Source: Fibrobacterota bacterium (GTDB lineage: Bacteria > Fibrobacterota > Fibrobacteria > UBA11236). Taken from it: a stretch of DNA of 39,886 nt. The stretch spans positions 1 to 39,886 of the forward strand of contig JAYUVP010000274.1 of assembly GCA_043753995.1 (NCBI GenBank). The letters run 5' to 3'. Below the pieces are notes generated by a model that was not told the origin of the DNA, did not search any database, and saw nothing but the letters and a program-made list of their open reading frames with translations. Made by a program: the position numbers and the translations under genes. The number at the start of each line of letters is the position of its first letter. Position 1 is the stretch's first letter. Positions 1 to 9,922 of the stretch are shown piece by piece.

Positions 1-102
1 GGACGGCCCCGAAGAATCATGGTTGCGCAAGCGCTATAGCCCGCTTTTGTCCGAGTCCTTATTGCAGTCGAAACCGTTTCAAAAAAATCCCGGGAGAAAG
101 CC

Positions 103-504
103 ATGACTCGTCAAATCATCACGTCGGGATCGAAATGGGAACCCTTGGTCGGCTATTCGCGTGCCGTGCGCGTGGGCAATCAGGTTTTTGTTTCCGGTAC
201 CACCGGCACCGACGCGACCGGAAAATTGGCCAGTGACGTTTATAGCCAAGCAAAGCAGGCTCTGGACAATATCATTTCCGCTCTGGGAAAAGCTGGCGCG
301 AAAGTCGAAGATGTCGTGCGCACTCGCATTTACGTGACGCGTATGGCTGATTGGGAAAAGGTGGGCAAGGCGCACGGTGAGGTTTTCGGAACCATTTTGC
401 CTGCGACCACCATGGTCGAAGTAAGCAAACTGATTGCTCCGGAAATCCTTGTGGAAATAGAAGCCGAGGCCATCCTAGAAGAGAACACCGAGAGCCATGA
501 TTGA
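103..504 (+). CDS. RidA/YjgF/UK114 family protein
   Basis: 133 aa; '[23 protein letters not shown]', 'DVVRTRIYV' and '[20 protein letters not shown]' are typical of the Rid family. Confidence 0.9.
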   Translation: MTRQIITSGSKWEPLVGYSRAVRVGNQVFVSGTTGTDATGKLASDVYSQAKQALDNIISALGKAGAKVEDVVRTRIYVTRMADWEKVGKAHGEVFGTILPATTMVEVSKLIAPEILVEIEAEAILEENTESHD

Positions 505-1480
505 AGTACGGGGCCTGACCAAGGCCTATCGGGTGCACCGCAAGGCGGCTGGTTTTCGCGGCTCGCTTAAAGCCCTTTTCGTGCGGCACTTCGAGTCGGT
601 AGAGGCCTTGCGCGGCATTGATTTGCATGTGGCTCCCGGCGAAATCCTCGGACTTGTCGGTGCGAATGGCGCAGGTAAAACCACTCTGGTAAAATGCCTC
701 GCCGGCATATTGCATCCGACTTCCGGGGAAGCCAAGGTCTTGGGGCATGTGCCTTGGGAGAGGCGCAATGCCTTTCGCCGCCAAATCGCCCTCATCATGG
801 GGCAAAAGGCCCAGCTCTGGTGGGATTTGCCTGCCGCGGACGGCTTTTTGCTCTTACAGTCCATCTATGAATTGCCTGATGCCCAATTCCACGCGACGCT
901 CGACGATCTCTCCACCCGACTCGATGTCAAGCGTTTGCTCGACGTGCCGGTGCGAAAGCTCAGCTTGGGTGAACGCATGAAAATGGAATTGATCGCCGCC
1001 CTTTTGCATAAGCCACGGGTGGTATTTCTCGACGAGCCAACCATAGGCCTCGACCTCATGGCCCAACGCGCCATTCGCGAATTCCTACTCGACTACCGCA
1101 AGCGGGAATCGCCTGCCATGATTTTGACTTCGCATTATATGGAAGACATCGAAAGCTTGTGCGAGCGCGTGGTCCTGATGCGCCAGGGCCGCATAGTCTA
1201 CGATGGTCTACTCTCGCAATTGCCCACTCGACAGGACCGCTGCAAGACCTTGACCATTCATTTGGGCGAAGGCGTGGCCGATGTAGGTGCGGCCTGGGGT
1301 AACGGACCCGGTACGGTGGTATCCACCGATGCCGCGACTCTCATCGTGCAAGTCAAGCGTGAGGATGCCGCCAAGGCGGTCACTTATGCATTGCAATGCC
1401 TGCCGGTGGCCGACCTTTCCCTGGCGGATGAAGATATCGGTTTGCTTATTAGCGAATTGATCGGTGATGCCAAGCCATGA
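497..1480 (+). CDS. ABC transporter ATP-binding protein (exporter type)
   Basis: Walker [10 protein letters not shown], signature LSLGER, Walker [10 protein letters not shown]-loop TSH; overlaps upstream gene. Confidence 0.95.
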   Translation: MIEVRGLTKAYRVHRKAAGFRGSLKALFVRHFESVEALRGIDLHVAPGEILGLVGANGAGKTTLVKCLAGILHPTSGEAKVLGHVPWERRNAFRRQIALIMGQKAQLWWDLPAADGFLLLQSIYELPDAQFHATLDDLSTRLDVKRLLDVPVRKLSLGERMKMELIAALLHKPRVVFLDEPTIGLDLMAQRAIREFLLDYRKRESPAMILTSHYMEDIESLCERVVLMRQGRIVYDGLLSQLPTRQDRCKTLTIHLGEGVADVGAAWGNGPGTVVSTDAATLIVQVKREDAAKAVTYALQCLPVADLSLADEDIGLLISELIGDAKP

Positions 1481-2292
1481 CCTGGCTCTGGAAATATTTC
1501 CTCTCCGAATTGAAACGCAGCATTTCCTATCGCGTGGAATTTTGGATAGGCCTATTCGGCAATATCGGTAGCCAATTCGCGGTGGCCTTTTTCTTATGGC
1601 GATCGATTTATGCGGAACGCGGCGCGACCCTGCTGGAAGGCTTTTCCTTCGGTACTCTGATGGCCTATTATCTCCTCGCTCCCCTGGTGGAAAGGGTGAT
1701 ACACGGTAGCGATTTCGGCACCATTAGCCGTGACATTTATGATGGCGGGCTGAACAAATACCTGGTTTATCCCGTTTCTTTTTTTGGCGCTAAATTCATG
1801 ACCCATTTGGCGCATACTGCTTTCGCCGCGATACAACTCGGCATCCTTTGGCTTTTGCTGCTGGGACCTCTGCCTCACCTTTTCGGATCGTCGGCCAGCA
1901 CCGTCGTGGACTTACCCCGCATGATTTGCGCGGCGATCCTGATTGGACTTTCCATTTTAGTTCAATTCTTCATGACGGCTTGCCTGGAACAAGTGGCCTT
2001 TTGGGCGGACAATGTTTGGAGCCTCAATATCATGATGCGCATGATCATGGGTTTGACTGGCGGCGCCTTATTGCCCCTGGCCTTTTTTCCGGAAGCCGTT
2101 GCCCAGGGCTTTCGCTATTTGCCTTTTCACTGCTTTATCGACTTGCCGGTGCGCTTGCTGCTGGGACAGGCCAAGGTCAACGAAGCCCTGTCAGGAATGG
2201 GCGTGGCGGTGATATGGGCTTTGTTTTTGAGCGCGGTGGCCAACTTGCTTTGGCGTCGCGGACTGCTGCGCTATTCCGGCGCGGGAATGTAG
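1477..2292 (+). CDS. ABC-2 family permease (DUF990/ABC2_membrane_6-like)
   Basis: About 6 hydrophobic segments; 'DIYDGGLNKYLVYPVS', 'GGALLPLAFFP', C-terminal 'RYSGAGM'; ATGA overlap with the ATPase. Confidence 0.88.
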   Translation: MTWLWKYFLSELKRSISYRVEFWIGLFGNIGSQFAVAFFLWRSIYAERGATLLEGFSFGTLMAYYLLAPLVERVIHGSDFGTISRDIYDGGLNKYLVYPVSFFGAKFMTHLAHTAFAAIQLGILWLLLLGPLPHLFGSSASTVVDLPRMICAAILIGLSILVQFFMTACLEQVAFWADNVWSLNIMMRMIMGLTGGALLPLAFFPEAVAQGFRYLPFHCFIDLPVRLLLGQAKVNEALSGMGVAVIWALFLSAVANLLWRRGLLRYSGAGM

Positions 2293-2295
2293 TCG

Positions 2296-3081
2296 ATGCG
2301 CTATCTCAAGTTATATGCCTGCTTTATGCGCTTCGGGTTCAGCAAGGCCGCCCAATTCCGCATGGATTTCTTTTTCCGCTTCATCATGGATACCGCCTAT
2401 TATGGCGTGAACGTGATTTTCTACGAAACGCTTTTCCGTCAAACGGCCCTGCTGGGTGGCTGGGATATTCATCAGGCAAGGGTCTTCATGGGAGCCTTCA
2501 TGGTGGTTGACGCGATTACCATGACCGTGTTCAGCAATAATATTTGGTGGCTACCGACCTATATCAATCGCGGGGATCTTGATTATTATCTGGTGAGGCC
2601 GGTGAGCAGTCTTTTCTTTTTGACCTTGCGTGATTTCGCCGCCAATTCCTTTTTGAATTTGCTTTGTGCCGCCGGCATTTTAATTTGGGCCTTGGCGGGA
2701 TACCCTGGGGACCTGCCCTGGTCGCGTATGCCTTTATTTCTGGTCGCCATCCTATTCGGATCCCTTTTGCATGCAGGAATTTATTTGCTCACCGTTTTGC
2801 CTGCCTTCTGGCTGGAATCCTCCGAAGGCTTTCACGCCATGTTTTACAATTTTGCTCGCCTCATGGAGAGGCCCGATGGCATTTATACGGGCTGGACGCG
2901 ACGCTTGCTGGTGACTGTCATGCCCTTTGCTCTGATGGCTTCCTTTCCCACGCGCATGCTATGGCAACCTTTGGACTTAAGCATGCTTTTGCATTTCGCT
3001 GCCGTTTTGCTGCTCTTCGGCGGACTCATCCTGTGGATTTGGCATTTAGGTTTGAAGCGTTATGGTTCGGCCAGTTCTTGA
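2296..3081 (+). CDS. ABC-2 family permease (DUF990/ABC2_membrane_6-like)
   Basis: 'INRGDLDYYLVRPVS', hydrophobic segments, C-terminal 'GLKRYGSASS'. Confidence 0.88.
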   Translation: MRYLKLYACFMRFGFSKAAQFRMDFFFRFIMDTAYYGVNVIFYETLFRQTALLGGWDIHQARVFMGAFMVVDAITMTVFSNNIWWLPTYINRGDLDYYLVRPVSSLFFLTLRDFAANSFLNLLCAAGILIWALAGYPGDLPWSRMPLFLVAILFGSLLHAGIYLLTVLPAFWLESSEGFHAMFYNFARLMERPDGIYTGWTRRLLVTVMPFALMASFPTRMLWQPLDLSMLLHFAAVLLLFGGLILWIWHLGLKRYGSASS

Positions 3082-3111
3082 TTCTGCCCGGATCCTCGGG
3101 AGTGATTTCGC

Positions 3112-5040
3112 ATGAGTTATGCCCATCTCGCGGCCTGCGTTGCCGACTTGGAAGCCCAAGGGGATTTGCGTCGCATTGACGCGGAAATCGATCCTGATCT
3201 GGAATTGGCTGCTGTTCAGCGAAGGCTGTATCAAAAGGGATCGCCAGCGGTTTTATTCACGCGGGTGAAGGGCACGGCCTTTCCTTGCCTGGCCAATCTT
3301 TATGGCACCTCGAAACGGGTGCAATATCTCTTTCGTGATACCCTCGCTGCCGTGGAGGGACTTTTCGCCTTGGCTGCCGATCCTTCGGCTGCCTTGCGGA
3401 AACCCTGGGCGGCGATGAAATCGGCGGGGTCCTTGATTCATGCTTGGCCGCGAGAAGTCGGGGATGCGCCTGTACTCGCGGGTGAAACCAAGCTTTCAGC
3501 CTTACCCCGATTGAAAAGCTGGCCTAAAGACGGCGGTGCCTATATCACCTTGCCCCAGGTCTATAGCGAGCATGTCGAAAAACCCGGCTGGATGCGTTCG
3601 AATCTCGGCATGTATCGCGTGCAAATCAGCAGTAACGTGCATGCTACGGATGCCGAGGCGGGTTTGCACTATCAGATTCATCGCGGCATCGGCGTGCATC
3701 ACGAGGCGGCTTTGCGCCTCGGTCAGCCCTTGAGAGTCAGCATATTCGTGGGTGGACCTCCGGCGCATGCCCTGGCCGCCGTCATGCCGCTGCCGGAAGG
3801 TATGCCCGAGCTGGCCTTCGCGGGTTTACTGGCGGGCCGCCGTTTCCGCTATGCCCGTCGTAATGGCCATTTGATTTCCGCAGATGCGGACTTCTGCATC
3901 ACCGGCACCCTGGACGCCTCGCGCACCTTGCCTGAAGGCCCCTTTGGCGATCATCTTGGCTATTACAGCCTTGCCCACGATTTCCCCGTATTACGCGTGG
4001 AAAAGGTTTATCACCGGCCCGGCGCGATTTGGCCTTTCACGGTTGTGGGTCGTCCACCGCAGGAAGACAGTCATTTCTCTGAGCTCATCCATGACCTGAC
4101 CAAGCGCAATATCAGCATGGTTTTGCCCGGTGTGCGCGCCGTGCATGCTGTCGAGGCCAGTGGGGTGCATCCCTTATTGCTTGCCTTGGGTAGTGAGCGC
4201 TATGCGCCCTATACCGAAAGACGCCCTCGCGAATTGCTCACCCAGGCTCAGGCCATTTTGGGCTTCGGGCAATTGTCCCTGGCAAAATTCCTGTGGCTAG
4301 CCGCGTGGGAAGATGAGCCGAATCTGAATATTCGCGATGTCGGTGCTTTCCTGCGACATTGCCTGCAGCGCTTGCGCCTGGACGAAGATTTGCATTTCAT
4401 CACGCGCACCACCATGGACACGCTTGACTATTCGGGACATGGGCTGAATCAAGGCTCCAAGGCCATGGCCGTGGTGGCCGGTAAACCCGTTCGCGACCTA
4501 GCCTCGGAAATGCCGGCGGGGCTCGCTGAGGCTTTGCCCCGCGATTTCTCGCGCTGCAAATTGGTTATGCCCGGCTTGGTGATGGTGCAGGCACCGGATT
4601 ATGAAAATGCGACAAACGGTATTTATTCGAGGAGGCGTTTGATTCAAGCACTGCAACAATGGGCCCATCCCCAGGGCAGGACTTCAGGGGAAACGTTTTT
4701 GTCTCGCGACGAAGCGCAAGCGTTCAGCAAGGCTGCGTCGAGCAGCAAACAAAGCGCATTGGCAGGGCTACCGCTATGGATATTGGTGGATGACTTGGAT
4801 TTCGCCTGCGCCTCGCTCGACAATGCCTGGTGGGTGGCTTTCACGCGCTGCGATCCCGCACCGGATTCGGACGGCGTTTTCGCATTTCAAGAAGCCAAGC
4901 ATTGGGGTTGCTTTGGACCTTGGATTTTGGATGCGCGCAAAAAACCCCATCACGCTCCCGCTTTGGAAGAAGATGCTGACATGGAAAGGCGCATTGAGTG
5001 GATGGCGGCGCCAGGCCAACCTCTGCATGGCTTGATTTAA
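3112..5040 (+). CDS. UbiD-family (prFMN-dependent) decarboxylase, long form
   Basis: 'NLGMYRVQ', 'EGPFGDHLGYY', 'VVGRPPQED', 'TMDTLDYSG' motifs. Confidence 0.92.
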   Translation: MSYAHLAACVADLEAQGDLRRIDAEIDPDLELAAVQRRLYQKGSPAVLFTRVKGTAFPCLANLYGTSKRVQYLFRDTLAAVEGLFALAADPSAALRKPWAAMKSAGSLIHAWPREVGDAPVLAGETKLSALPRLKSWPKDGGAYITLPQVYSEHVEKPGWMRSNLGMYRVQISSNVHATDAEAGLHYQIHRGIGVHHEAALRLGQPLRVSIFVGGPPAHALAAVMPLPEGMPELAFAGLLAGRRFRYARRNGHLISADADFCITGTLDASRTLPEGPFGDHLGYYSLAHDFPVLRVEKVYHRPGAIWPFTVVGRPPQEDSHFSELIHDLTKRNISMVLPGVRAVHAVEASGVHPLLLALGSERYAPYTERRPRELLTQAQAILGFGQLSLAKFLWLAAWEDEPNLNIRDVGAFLRHCLQRLRLDEDLHFITRTTMDTLDYSGHGLNQGSKAMAVVAGKPVRDLASEMPAGLAEALPRDFSRCKLVMPGLVMVQAPDYENATNGIYSRRRLIQALQQWAHPQGRTSGETFLSRDEAQAFSKAASSSKQSALAGLPLWILVDDLDFACASLDNAWWVAFTRCDPAPDSDGVFAFQEAKHWGCFGPWILDARKKPHHAPALEEDADMERRIEWMAAPGQPLHGLI

Positions 5041-5154
5041 AGCCGGTCCCAAAACTCCATTTTCAGTCGATGGGTCTTGTCGGGTACTAGGGCGTTTCCC
5101 CCTAGGTCAAGCCCTCGTCAAAAGACCGGCCGGGTGGAGGCGTTGAAGGGTCAT

Positions 5155-5163
5155 TGCTAACTT
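5155..5163 (+). promoter_or_regulatory. Putative extended -10 element (TGcTAACTT) for ung
   Basis: TGn-TAnnnT ends 9 nt before the ATG at 5173; no Shine-Dalgarno. Confidence 0.35.
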
Positions 5164-5172
5164 GGCCCCCCT

Positions 5173-5970
5173 ATGTCGAATGCACCAGAATTAGAGCCCG
5201 ATTTTGCAGACCCTGAGTCGCAAACCGGAGAAAAAATCGCCACCCCTGAAACCGAAGCTACCACTGCGGCCCAGCCGGAAACCACGAGCCCCATCGAAGT
5301 GAATCCCAAGATCGAACCGTCCTGGCTGTCGCGTCTCGGCGATGAATTCAAAAAGCCCTATTTCGCCGAGTTGAAACGTTTCTTACTTGAAGAAAAACGC
5401 TCGGGTTATCCGGTTTATCCGCCTGGTCCGATGATTTTCAATGCCTTCAATAGCACGCCATTCGACGATGTGAAAGTCGTGATTCTCGGGCAAGATCCTT
5501 ATCATGGGCCGGGGCAGGCTCATGGACTTTGTTTTTCGGTGCAGGTGGGCGTGCGTCCGCCACCCAGTTTGAACAATATTTTTAAGGAATTGCTGGCCGA
5601 CGTGGGTTTCTCCTCTCCTGGCCATGGCAGTTTGGAGCGTTGGGCCAAGCAGGGCGTGCTCATGTTGAATTCTTGCCTTACGGTGAGACAATATCAGCCG
5701 GGATCGCATCATAATCGAGGCTGGGAACAATTCACCACCACCGCCATCGAAAAACTCGCTACGGAACGAGAAGGTTTGGTTTTTTTGCTTTGGGGTCGCC
5801 CCGCCCAGGAACGCGGACAATTCATCGATCGCACCCGGCACTATATACTGACGGCGCCGCACCCTTCGCCTTTCTCCGCTGACCGGGGCTTTTTCGGTTG
5901 CAAGCATTTCAGCAAGGCCAATAAATACCTGGAAGCCATGGGCAAGCCGCCCATCGATTGGCAGTTGTAA
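5173..5970 (+). CDS. ung: Uracil-DNA glycosylase (family 1) with acidic N-terminal extension
   Basis: 'VVILGQDPYH', 'AHGLCFSV', 'PPSLNNI', 'GVLMLN', 'HPSPFSA'. Confidence 0.97.
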   Translation: MSNAPELEPDFADPESQTGEKIATPETEATTAAQPETTSPIEVNPKIEPSWLSRLGDEFKKPYFAELKRFLLEEKRSGYPVYPPGPMIFNAFNSTPFDDVKVVILGQDPYHGPGQAHGLCFSVQVGVRPPPSLNNIFKELLADVGFSSPGHGSLERWAKQGVLMLNSCLTVRQYQPGSHHNRGWEQFTTTAIEKLATEREGLVFLLWGRPAQERGQFIDRTRHYILTAPHPSPFSADRGFFGCKHFSKANKYLEAMGKPPIDWQL

Positions 5971-5979
5971 CCTATTTTA

Positions 5980-7194
5980 ATGGGGATGCTTGATCCCCTT
6001 TTGCCGGAGTATGATTTTCTTGTGATCGGTGCCGGTCCGGCCGGTTTGCTCGCGGCTTATACCTTGGCCCAGGCTTCGCGCCAGGGTAAAACCAAACGGC
6101 CTTATTCGGTAGCCTTGATCGATAAAAAAGATCCCTGGCGCGAACCCGTAGCTTGCGCCGAAGCGGTGCATGCCGAAGGCCTCAAGAAATTGGTTCCCAA
6201 GGTCGAAGCCAATTGGATACGTGAGCCGGTGGACGGTGTGATCTTTGTTTCACCTGACGGAACTCGGGTGACTTTCGACAGCCCGGGTAGCGGCTATCTC
6301 ATCGACCGCGCCGCCATGCATAGGCGCCTCGCCGAATGGGCAAGAGAGGCGGGCGCGCATTGCCATTTTCGTACCCGAGGCATTTCCCTGTCGCCCTACC
6401 AAGACGGTTGGCGAACCCTGCAATTCGACGGAGAAAGCACGGGAAGCATCAAAGCCCGCGTGGTCATTGATGCCAGTGGCCCTGGAGCGGGTTTCGGTAA
6501 GGATGAGCCTGTGGTGCAAGGCGACTTCGATGTCGAGCCAGCCGTTTTCGCCTTAGTTAAAGGCCCAAAATACCCGGTCAATTATATCCAGCTTTTTTTC
6601 GGCACCAACTATGCACCTGGCGGTTATGCCTGGCTTTTTCCCCGTGATGAGCATGTGGCCAATGTCGGCCTCGTCGTCGGCAAGGCTTTTGCCAAGCAAG
6701 CGCCAGCGCGCAAACTACTGAATGAATTTATCGCCAAGGAATATCCAGGCGCTGAAATCGAATGCTTTCACGGCGGAGTCATTCCCTGCGGCTGGAATAG
6801 CCAAGTCCTGGGCCATGAAAACCTGATCAAGGCCGGAGACTCGGCCAATATGGTGCATCCCTTAAGTCGCGCCGGAATTTTAGAAGCCATGCTCGGCGGT
6901 AAACTCGCCGCCGAAGCGGCTTTGAAGGTGATTGAGCTAAAGGCTGAATCCGAGAAAATCAAGCATTACGAGGCCTATCGCCAGCAATGGGACAAGGCTT
7001 ATGGCCACAATCATGCGCGCGTGCACAAGGCCAAATCCGCCTTCAATGCCATTCCCGACGCCGTTTTCAATCGCGCCGCGCATGCACTTGCCAAGGTTCC
7101 CAGAGGCAAATTGGGAATGACCCGCATTGTCTTCACCACCTTGTGGCATTCGCCATCCTTGGTGTGGCGACTTCGGAGCTTATTCTTGGGGTAG
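5980..7194 (+). CDS. Geranylgeranyl reductase-family FAD-dependent oxidoreductase
   Basis: 'VIGAGPAG', 'IDRAAM', 'VIDASG', 'PGGYAWLFP', 'GDSANMVHPLSRAGI'. Confidence 0.85.
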   Translation: MGMLDPLLPEYDFLVIGAGPAGLLAAYTLAQASRQGKTKRPYSVALIDKKDPWREPVACAEAVHAEGLKKLVPKVEANWIREPVDGVIFVSPDGTRVTFDSPGSGYLIDRAAMHRRLAEWAREAGAHCHFRTRGISLSPYQDGWRTLQFDGESTGSIKARVVIDASGPGAGFGKDEPVVQGDFDVEPAVFALVKGPKYPVNYIQLFFGTNYAPGGYAWLFPRDEHVANVGLVVGKAFAKQAPARKLLNEFIAKEYPGAEIECFHGGVIPCGWNSQVLGHENLIKAGDSANMVHPLSRAGILEAMLGGKLAAEAALKVIELKAESEKIKHYEAYRQQWDKAYGHNHARVHKAKSAFNAIPDAVFNRAAHALAKVPRGKLGMTRIVFTTLWHSPSLVWRLRSLFLG

Positions 7195-7203
7195 CGTGCA
7201 AAA

Positions 7204-7302
7204 GGGACGGGCGGCTTGACGTTCCGGTCTTCGTAAAGGCTCGCGGTCCTCATTCGCTTCGCTACTTGCGGAACGAGCGTCTAAGGAGACGTCCTCCACC
7301 GC
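7204..7302 (-). repeat. Structured intergenic repeat, short degenerate copy
   Basis: gggacgg...gctcgcggtcctc-attcgcttcgctact-tgcggaacgagc...gtcctccaccgc aligns with the reverse complement of 37003-37099 and with 36630-36710. Confidence 0.75.
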
Positions 7303-7605
7303 GCTTGGCGCACGCCGAAACATTCGCCCCGAAGTAGCGGGAGTGTTACAGGAACAGCAGCCCCAGTTCGAAGGTGGTGAAACGGTGTCGAGACGGATTT
7401 GCTTCGGTCTCTCACCAGCCTTGTTTCACGCGAACGCGTTCGCAAATTCATTTCCAAATCCGGAAAAAAAATCCAAACCAATTATAAATAGTCCATTATT
7501 TCTTCAATTATGGCTGATTTGAGTGTGTGATTTGCTCGCAAAAACAAAGCGGTATTTGCATCGATTGAATTGTGGCTCAGGCGTGGAAGGGATACATTGG
7601 GTCTC

Positions 7606-8448
7606 ATGAGATCCAAGCATTCGGACCCTTTGCCCGACGAATTCTTTCGCTATGACGATTTCAAAAAGTTGATTAAAGACCGGTATGAGCAACTTAAGGA
7701 AAAAGATCCCAAATTCTCACATCGGTATTTCTGCACCAAGGCTGGATATGGCTCTTCCAGCGCATTTTCTGACGTGCTTACCGGGAGACGAAAATTGGCC
7801 AAGGCTTCGGCGCTTCGACTTGCCAAGGCGCTTCAATTTTCGCGTAGTGAAGAGGAGTTTTTACTTCGACTAATGGATTTTAACCAGGCCGAAAGCTTGG
7901 AAGAAAAGAACCTGCACTATGCAGAATTATTGGCATTAAAAGGCGTTCGTGTCGAAATCCTTTCGCGCGAGAAATACGAGTATTTCAGCCATTGGTATTA
8001 TGCTGCCATACGGGAATTGCTCTACTTCCATTCCTGCACGGGTGACTTTCATGAATTAGGAAGGAGACTTAATCCTGCCGTGCCGGCGACCAAGGTTCGT
8101 AAGGCCGTTATACTCATGGAAAAGCTTGGCATTCTTGAAAAGGATGCACAAGGACGATACCGGCAAACAAACAAACTGATTTCCACTGATGATTTGGGTT
8201 CATCCATGCATGTGGACAATTTCAAGTCTACAACCATGCAATTAGCTCGCGAGGCACTTGACCGTCATCCGCGTGAAACGCGAGATATTTCCACTATCAC
8301 AGCCACGCTTTCTGCGCAAAGCCTAGAAAAGGTCAAGGCGGCCATAAAAGTCTTGCGGCAAACCGTATTGACCTTGGCCGAGCAGGACGAAAACGTCGAT
8401 CGTGTTTGTCAACTCAACATTCAATTCTTTCCATTGAGCCGGATTTAA
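7606..8448 (+). CDS. TIGR02147 family protein (N-terminal HTH-like region, DUF4423-like C-terminus)
   Basis: 'YDDFKKLIKDRYEQLK..FSHRYFC..AG..S', 'YFSHWYYAAIREL', 'RDISTIT', 'VCQLNIQFFPLS'; ATG at 7606 chosen over TTG at 7570. Confidence 0.85.
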   Translation: MRSKHSDPLPDEFFRYDDFKKLIKDRYEQLKEKDPKFSHRYFCTKAGYGSSSAFSDVLTGRRKLAKASALRLAKALQFSRSEEEFLLRLMDFNQAESLEEKNLHYAELLALKGVRVEILSREKYEYFSHWYYAAIRELLYFHSCTGDFHELGRRLNPAVPATKVRKAVILMEKLGILEKDAQGRYRQTNKLISTDDLGSSMHVDNFKSTTMQLAREALDRHPRETRDISTITATLSAQSLEKVKAAIKVLRQTVLTLAEQDENVDRVCQLNIQFFPLSRI

Positions 8449-8464
8449 TTCCCAGGAGAAAACG

Positions 8465-9922
8465 ATGAAAGTCCAATTCGAACGGTTGCAACGTTTTTTA
8501 ATTCTGTCGGGGGTTGCGGCGGGCATGCTGAGCCTACCTCTGTTGTTGTTGGGATGCAATGGAAGCGCCACCCAAACAACCAATGACGAAGGCATGCAAG
8601 GTACTTTGGTGGACACCAAGGGTGAACCCGTGGCTGGCGTTGAAGTCAAGGCTTATGCGGTACAATCCCTAGGGGCTTCGAATCCAAATGCGTCTGCAGC
8701 ATCCATGGCTGTAACCGACAAAAATGGACATTACAGTCTGATCGGGCTGGAGAGTGGGTATTTCAACGTCTTTGCCAGACAATCTCAGGGTTATAAGGGA
8801 GTGGCCAAGACTCAAGTGCATTACGAAGCCTTACCCCTGGATTTAGGCGTCGATACCTTGGTGGCTACTGGGTCGATTACGGGGCGCGTCCTGGTCGATG
8901 GTTCTCCGGAAAGCGAAGTGTTTTGTTTCATACCAGGGTCCCCCCTAGCCGCAATTACCGGATCTGATGGTCGGTTTACTTTGCCGAATATTCCCGCTGG
9001 AACATTTACCATAAAATTTGTGGGCAGCCTGCTGGCGATCCGCATCGATAGTGGAATTGTCGTGGCTTCTGATAGCCTAACTGTTTTGGAGAATGTCGAA
9101 TTGAGTTTAAACAGCCGTCTTGCCCCTGCAAAACCTCGTGGGCTGATTGTAGAAGTGATAGATAGCCAATTTATCGCACTAAAACTGGGTTGGGAAAAAT
9201 CGGCATCCAAGGATATCAAATATTACGAAGTTTCGACTCTAGGGTATTCAGTAAATGATAGCACAGCATCTCCAATTTTGATTCGAGAACAGTTGATTGA
9301 TGGGCGCGCGCTTTCGTTAATAGACACGCTATCGAAAGCGTATGAAAACTTTTGGGGCCCACTGTTGGGAATGGATAGCGCTCTGATAGAATTTCATATC
9401 ACTGCTATTGATTCTATGGGAAATTCAAGCCCTATTGCTAAAAGCCCGACGCGCATCCAAATCATACGCCCGGAATGGATGCTTTCGGAAGTGAATTTGC
9501 GCGCAATAAACCTAAATGTGGATTCTTCGAGCTGCGGTGATACGTTATCCATCGTTGCTGATATTAAAAACTCTGTGGCTGATAGCGCTGACTATTTTTA
9601 CTTCCTGGATTCCTATAAAAATGGAGAAGTGGTAGATGATTATAATAGCAATAAGCATTATCCCATTGAAAAGGGTCGAAATGGGTCCTCAGATACTTTG
9701 AGCTGGTGGATGAACAAAGGAGACTCGAATGGCAATATTTCTTCGCCAATTCCAGACTCAATATCAATTCGCGCTGAGATTTATCCTACCACTGCCTGGG
9801 GTCGCTTCAATAGAGAAGAACGCTTGATAATTTTTCGCCGGAATTCCCAAGGCTGCTTAAAACAAGTGGGTCCGGTATATGAATTGCATTTGAATGATTC
9901 GCTAGGAATTTTTGTTCCTTGA
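8465..9922 (+). CDS. Lipoprotein with carboxypeptidase-regulatory-like/prealbumin-fold repeats and an FN3-like region
   Basis: SD aggag upstream; lipobox LLLLG-C; 'GTLVDTKGEPVAGVEV', 'TDKNGHYSL', 'GSITGRV', 'DGRFTLPNIPAGTF'. Confidence 0.75.
   Translation: MKVQFERLQRFLILSGVAAGMLSLPLLLLGCNGSATQTTNDEGMQGTLVDTKGEPVAGVEVKAYAVQSLGASNPNASAASMAVTDKNGHYSLIGLESGYFNVFARQSQGYKGVAKTQVHYEALPLDLGVDTLVATGSITGRVLVDGSPESEVFCFIPGSPLAAITGSDGRFTLPNIPAGTFTIKFVGSLLAIRIDSGIVVASDSLTVLENVELSLNSRLAPAKPRGLIVEVIDSQFIALKLGWEKSASKDIKYYEVSTLGYSVNDSTASPILIREQLIDGRALSLIDTLSKAYENFWGPLLGMDSALIEFHITAIDSMGNSSPIAKSPTRIQIIRPEWMLSEVNLRAINLNVDSSSCGDTLSIVADIKNSVADSADYFYFLDSYKNGEVVDDYNSNKHYPIEKGRNGSSDTLSWWMNKGDSNGNISSPIPDSISIRAEIYPTTAWGRFNREERLIIFRRNSQGCLKQVGPVYELHLNDSLGIFVP

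Noticed and set aside
7526..7540. TGTGA-N5-TCGCA, CRP-like site
   Set aside because: Spacer is 5 rather than 6 nt and one half-site is mismatched
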